Shown: in pieces, positions 25,968-27,990 of the stretch
Position numbering within the stretch: position 1 is the stretch's first letter
How the letters are laid out: each line of letters starts with the position of its first letter
DNA from: a virus
Taxonomy: Duplodnaviria; Caudoviricetes
Length of the DNA stretch: 27,990 nucleotides
Direction: 5' to 3' (one strand)
Virus record (IMG/VR): IMGVR_UViG_3300020044_011667
Location: 1-27,990 of that record
Notes under the pieces: model-generated
What the model saw: the letters and a program-made list of their open reading frames with translations, nothing else
The model's database searches: none
Told to the model about the DNA's origin: nothing
Translations under genes and position numbers: made by a program

Positions 25968-26285
25968 ATGTCATCACAACCATTAGACCCAAACAAACAA
26001 TCCGCCGATATCGGCCTAGTTTCAACAAGAGGTGGCGCAGTGTTCTTAGACGAACCTTTTAGAGTAGAAGGGTCACCTCTTTCGGAATTTTGCGCCACAT
26101 TTCACACCGGAACAGGCGGCGATATATTATTTGTATCCGAAGACAACACAATTAATCCGTATTTCAACACCGCCCCCTCTCAAGTGCTCGTCGTAAAAGC
26201 CATGAAAGTAGCATCAACTGCAATGATCAACGAGGTCCCCAGAAACACCACCGCCACTGATATGACCTGGCACGGCGGCCAGTAG
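25968..26285 (+). CDS. head spike base-like protein (RcGTA Rcc01079-like)
   Basis: ATG 25968 behind AGGAG; HTGTGGDI...F.....L.V...V.ST...TTATD pattern. Confidence 0.6.
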   Translation: MSSQPLDPNKQSADIGLVSTRGGAVFLDEPFRVEGSPLSEFCATFHTGTGGDILFVSEDNTINPYFNTAPSQVLVVKAMKVASTAMINEVPRNTTATDMTWHGGQ

Positions 26286-26332
26286 TGAAAGTCACCAAAA
26301 TAGAGAGCTTTATGCACGCAGGAGTGGAGACT

Positions 26333-26671
26333 ATGGCTGATGAAGCAAGCTATAAAATCGAAATGCTTGTCAAGGATATAGACAAGATGCGCGATGTAGT
26401 CCACAAAGTTCAAATCGAGCTCTCAACTATGTCGCAAAAGGTAAAAGATGATTATGAATTCATGTTCGACAAGATTGACTCGCTTCTAAAAAGCACAAAT
26501 GGGCTGCACGACAAAGTTGAAGCAATGCGAGAAAAGGAGTTAAAAAAGGAAGGATTTAGGCAAGCGCTGAGAGCTATTTTTATCAAACATCCGATAGTCC
26601 TTCCTGGCATTTTTGTAGCGCTTCTTTATTTAGCTCAGTCGGATTTTTTTAAAAATTATCTCTTAAAATAG
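26333..26671 (+). CDS. coiled-coil protein with C-terminal TM helix (lysis-accessory candidate)
   Basis: Heptad-rich N-terminus, IVLPGIFVALLYLA TM; start ATG 26333 or GTG 26285. Confidence 0.6.
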   Translation: MADEASYKIEMLVKDIDKMRDVVHKVQIELSTMSQKVKDDYEFMFDKIDSLLKSTNGLHDKVEAMREKELKKEGFRQALRAIFIKHPIVLPGIFVALLYLAQSDFFKNYLLK

Positions 26672-26755
26672 AAAAATGTTACACGTGCAACAACAGCTAA
26701 CAGATTACTTTAAAGGTAATGGGTTATCTCCGCAAAGCATCGTGTAACATTTTTC
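26671..26755. repeat. long inverted repeat between convergent operons
   Basis: Perfect 15-bp arms GAAAAATGTTACACG (26671-26685) / CGTGTAACATTTTTC (26741-26755) with an inner stem. Confidence 0.8.
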
Positions 26756-26945
26756 ATTTTTCAGAATCTACATTAAAAAATAGATTCTTTAATTCGCTCT
26801 TAACTTCTTGATAGGCATGCTTTTTATGCAGTGCTGCCTCTCGCATATATTTAGTATTCGCGATTGAGCCGCCTTCCTTGGTGAGCCGCACAATTTCTTG
26901 GTCAAGCCAATCTTTGATTTTTTGTAAGCCAGTTTTTTCAATCAT
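26754..26945 (-). CDS. hypothetical protein
   Basis: TAATG coupling to the upstream gene, GGAG RBS, 63 aa. Confidence 0.6.
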   Translation of the reverse strand: MIEKTGLQKIKDWLDQEIVRLTKEGGSIANTKYMREAALHKKHAYQEVKSELKNLFFNVDSEK

Positions 26946-27271
26946 TAAAGCTCCAAATTTATATTTTTAATTCCATTAATTATATCCCAAATTGTTTGAA
27001 CGAAAATTTTATCATCTGAGTTGTATAGGTAAAATACGTCAAGTATTTTTAAAACCTGATCAAGCGGCACCATTCTTTGCTCAGCTGTCAATGATTCTTC
27101 GTTAACTGGGGGCTCGGTAACGGCAGGGGGTTTATTTAGCTCAGCAATGAGGGCATCTGCATACATCACCGCTCCTTTTGCCTTTGCCTCATGTTTAATA
27201 AAAAGGGACGCTATCGCCGCGATAAAATCCCGCTTCGTCATGTCTAACGCTAAGTCATCTAAATTTGTCAT
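26945..27271 (-). CDS. conserved-type phage hypothetical protein
   Basis: MTKRDFIAA...AV.YADALIAELNK motif common in phage early-left genes; GAGGTG RBS. Confidence 0.7.
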   Translation of the reverse strand: MTNLDDLALDMTKRDFIAAIASLFIKHEAKAKGAVMYADALIAELNKPPAVTEPPVNEESLTAEQRMVPLDQVLKILDVFYLYNSDDKIFVQTIWDIINGIKNINLEL

Positions 27272-27755
27272 TTAACACCTCTTCTATCATTTCGATTAGT
27301 TTTTTAAGTTTAGTTTGCCCAGCCCAAGCGGCAGCCACAGCAGCAGATTCATCAGCATCCCCAGCAGCCCTAGCAGCAGCATCAGCAACAGCACAACCGG
27401 CAGCCCAAGCGGCAGCCACAGCGGCAGCCCTAGCCTCCTTTAGCTCTTCTTCCCCCACTTCACCCTTCGCATACTTTTCGGCGACATCAAGCGCAGCAAT
27501 ACTCCTCTCATCTTTCATTAAATGCTGAACCTGCCGAGCGCACCACACCGCAAATAATCTTAGAAAACGAGAGGGCAATAATTCTTCTCTTAGCACTACC
27601 CAGAATCTATCCTGAATAGGTATTTCTTTATTTTTCAAAATATCCAACACTGTTCCGCTCCAACCTTCGGGCAAATGTCTTATCGGGTCATAACATGGCA
27701 TCCATGACCGAATATCTTTGATAGTAAATATTTTAAGCTCTGATTTTTCACTCAT
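27255..27755 (-). CDS. Ala-rich repeat phage protein (Imm-5-like family resemblance)
   Basis: LRLFAVWCARQV.HLM.DERS..A..VAE.YA.G......L..A followed by AAWAA repeats. Confidence 0.75.
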   Translation of the reverse strand: MSEKSELKIFTIKDIRSWMPCYDPIRHLPEGWSGTVLDILKNKEIPIQDRFWVVLREELLPSRFLRLFAVWCARQVQHLMKDERSIAALDVAEKYAKGEVGEEELKEARAAAVAAAWAAGCAVADAAARAAGDADESAAVAAAWAGQTKLKKLIEMIEEVLNDKFR

Positions 27756-27812
27756 GATATTTTAATCCTCTTCTATCATTTCGATTAGTTTTTTAAGTTG
27801 AGTTTGCTCAGC
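27278..27812. repeat. 46-bp direct repeat (2 mismatches) at the 3' ends of the paralogues
   Basis: 27278-27323 vs 27767-27812; first 33 bp identical. Confidence 0.9.
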
Positions 27813-27990
27813 AGTAGCCCTAGCAGACCAAGCAGCAGCCCAAGCAGTAGCCCTAGCAGCAGCAACTTCAGCATCCCTAGCAGACCAAGCAGCATCCCCA
27901 GCAGCACCCCTAGTAGCAGCCCTAGCAGCAGCCCTAGCAGCAGCAACTTCAGCATCACTCGCACCTACCGCAGCCGCCATCGCACAATCC
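27762..27990 (-). CDS. 3' part of a paralogous Ala-rich repeat protein (truncated by window edge)
   Basis: Frame is open to the window end; AAWSA/AARA repeats; ends QTQLKKLIEMIEED like its neighbour. Confidence 0.7.
   Translation of the reverse strand, partial: DCAMAAAVGASDAEVAAARAAARAATRGAAGDAAWSARDAEVAAARATAWAAAWSARATAEQTQLKKLIEMIEED

Larger units (their letters stand above)
1..27990. mobile_element. temperate P22-like phage, probable phage-plasmid (partial genome)
   Basis: Complete replication, packaging, head and podovirus tail modules plus a partition cassette; no host housekeeping genes. Confidence 0.9.

Noticed and set aside
27278-27812. DGR template/variable repeat pair
   Set aside because: The repeat is short with only two mismatches, both copies are coding gene ends, and no reverse transcriptase is visible in the window.

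Overview
This window is most of the genome of a temperate, P22-like (podovirus-type) phage of roughly 40% GC (estimated by eye); the SSB sequence suggests a gammaproteobacterial host. On the + strand it carries a Cro-like HTH, a lipoprotein, a replication initiator with an internal iteron-like origin, a DnaC-like loader, Lar, VRR-NUC, SSB, an M15 endolysin and a holin candidate. These are followed by a fibre module placed before the terminase, then terS/terL, portal, scaffold, coat, head-tail proteins, three ejection proteins, a tail fibre, a head-spike-base-like protein and a membrane-anchored coiled-coil protein. A convergent leftward accessory operon runs off the right edge. The most notable element is a minus-strand type Ib (ParF/ParG-like) partition cassette flanked on both sides by phased 8-bp repeat arrays, which suggests a phage-plasmid lifestyle. 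Other points of interest: a CCGGTAA-N6-TTACCGG palindrome present three times, a tail fibre with apparently nested domain insertions, an unannotated acidic repeat peptide before the second fibre gene, and two accessory genes interrupted by single in-frame TGA codons. No integrase, CI repressor, tRNA, rRNA or CRISPR array is visible in the window. All family assignments come from motif recognition by eye, not database searches.
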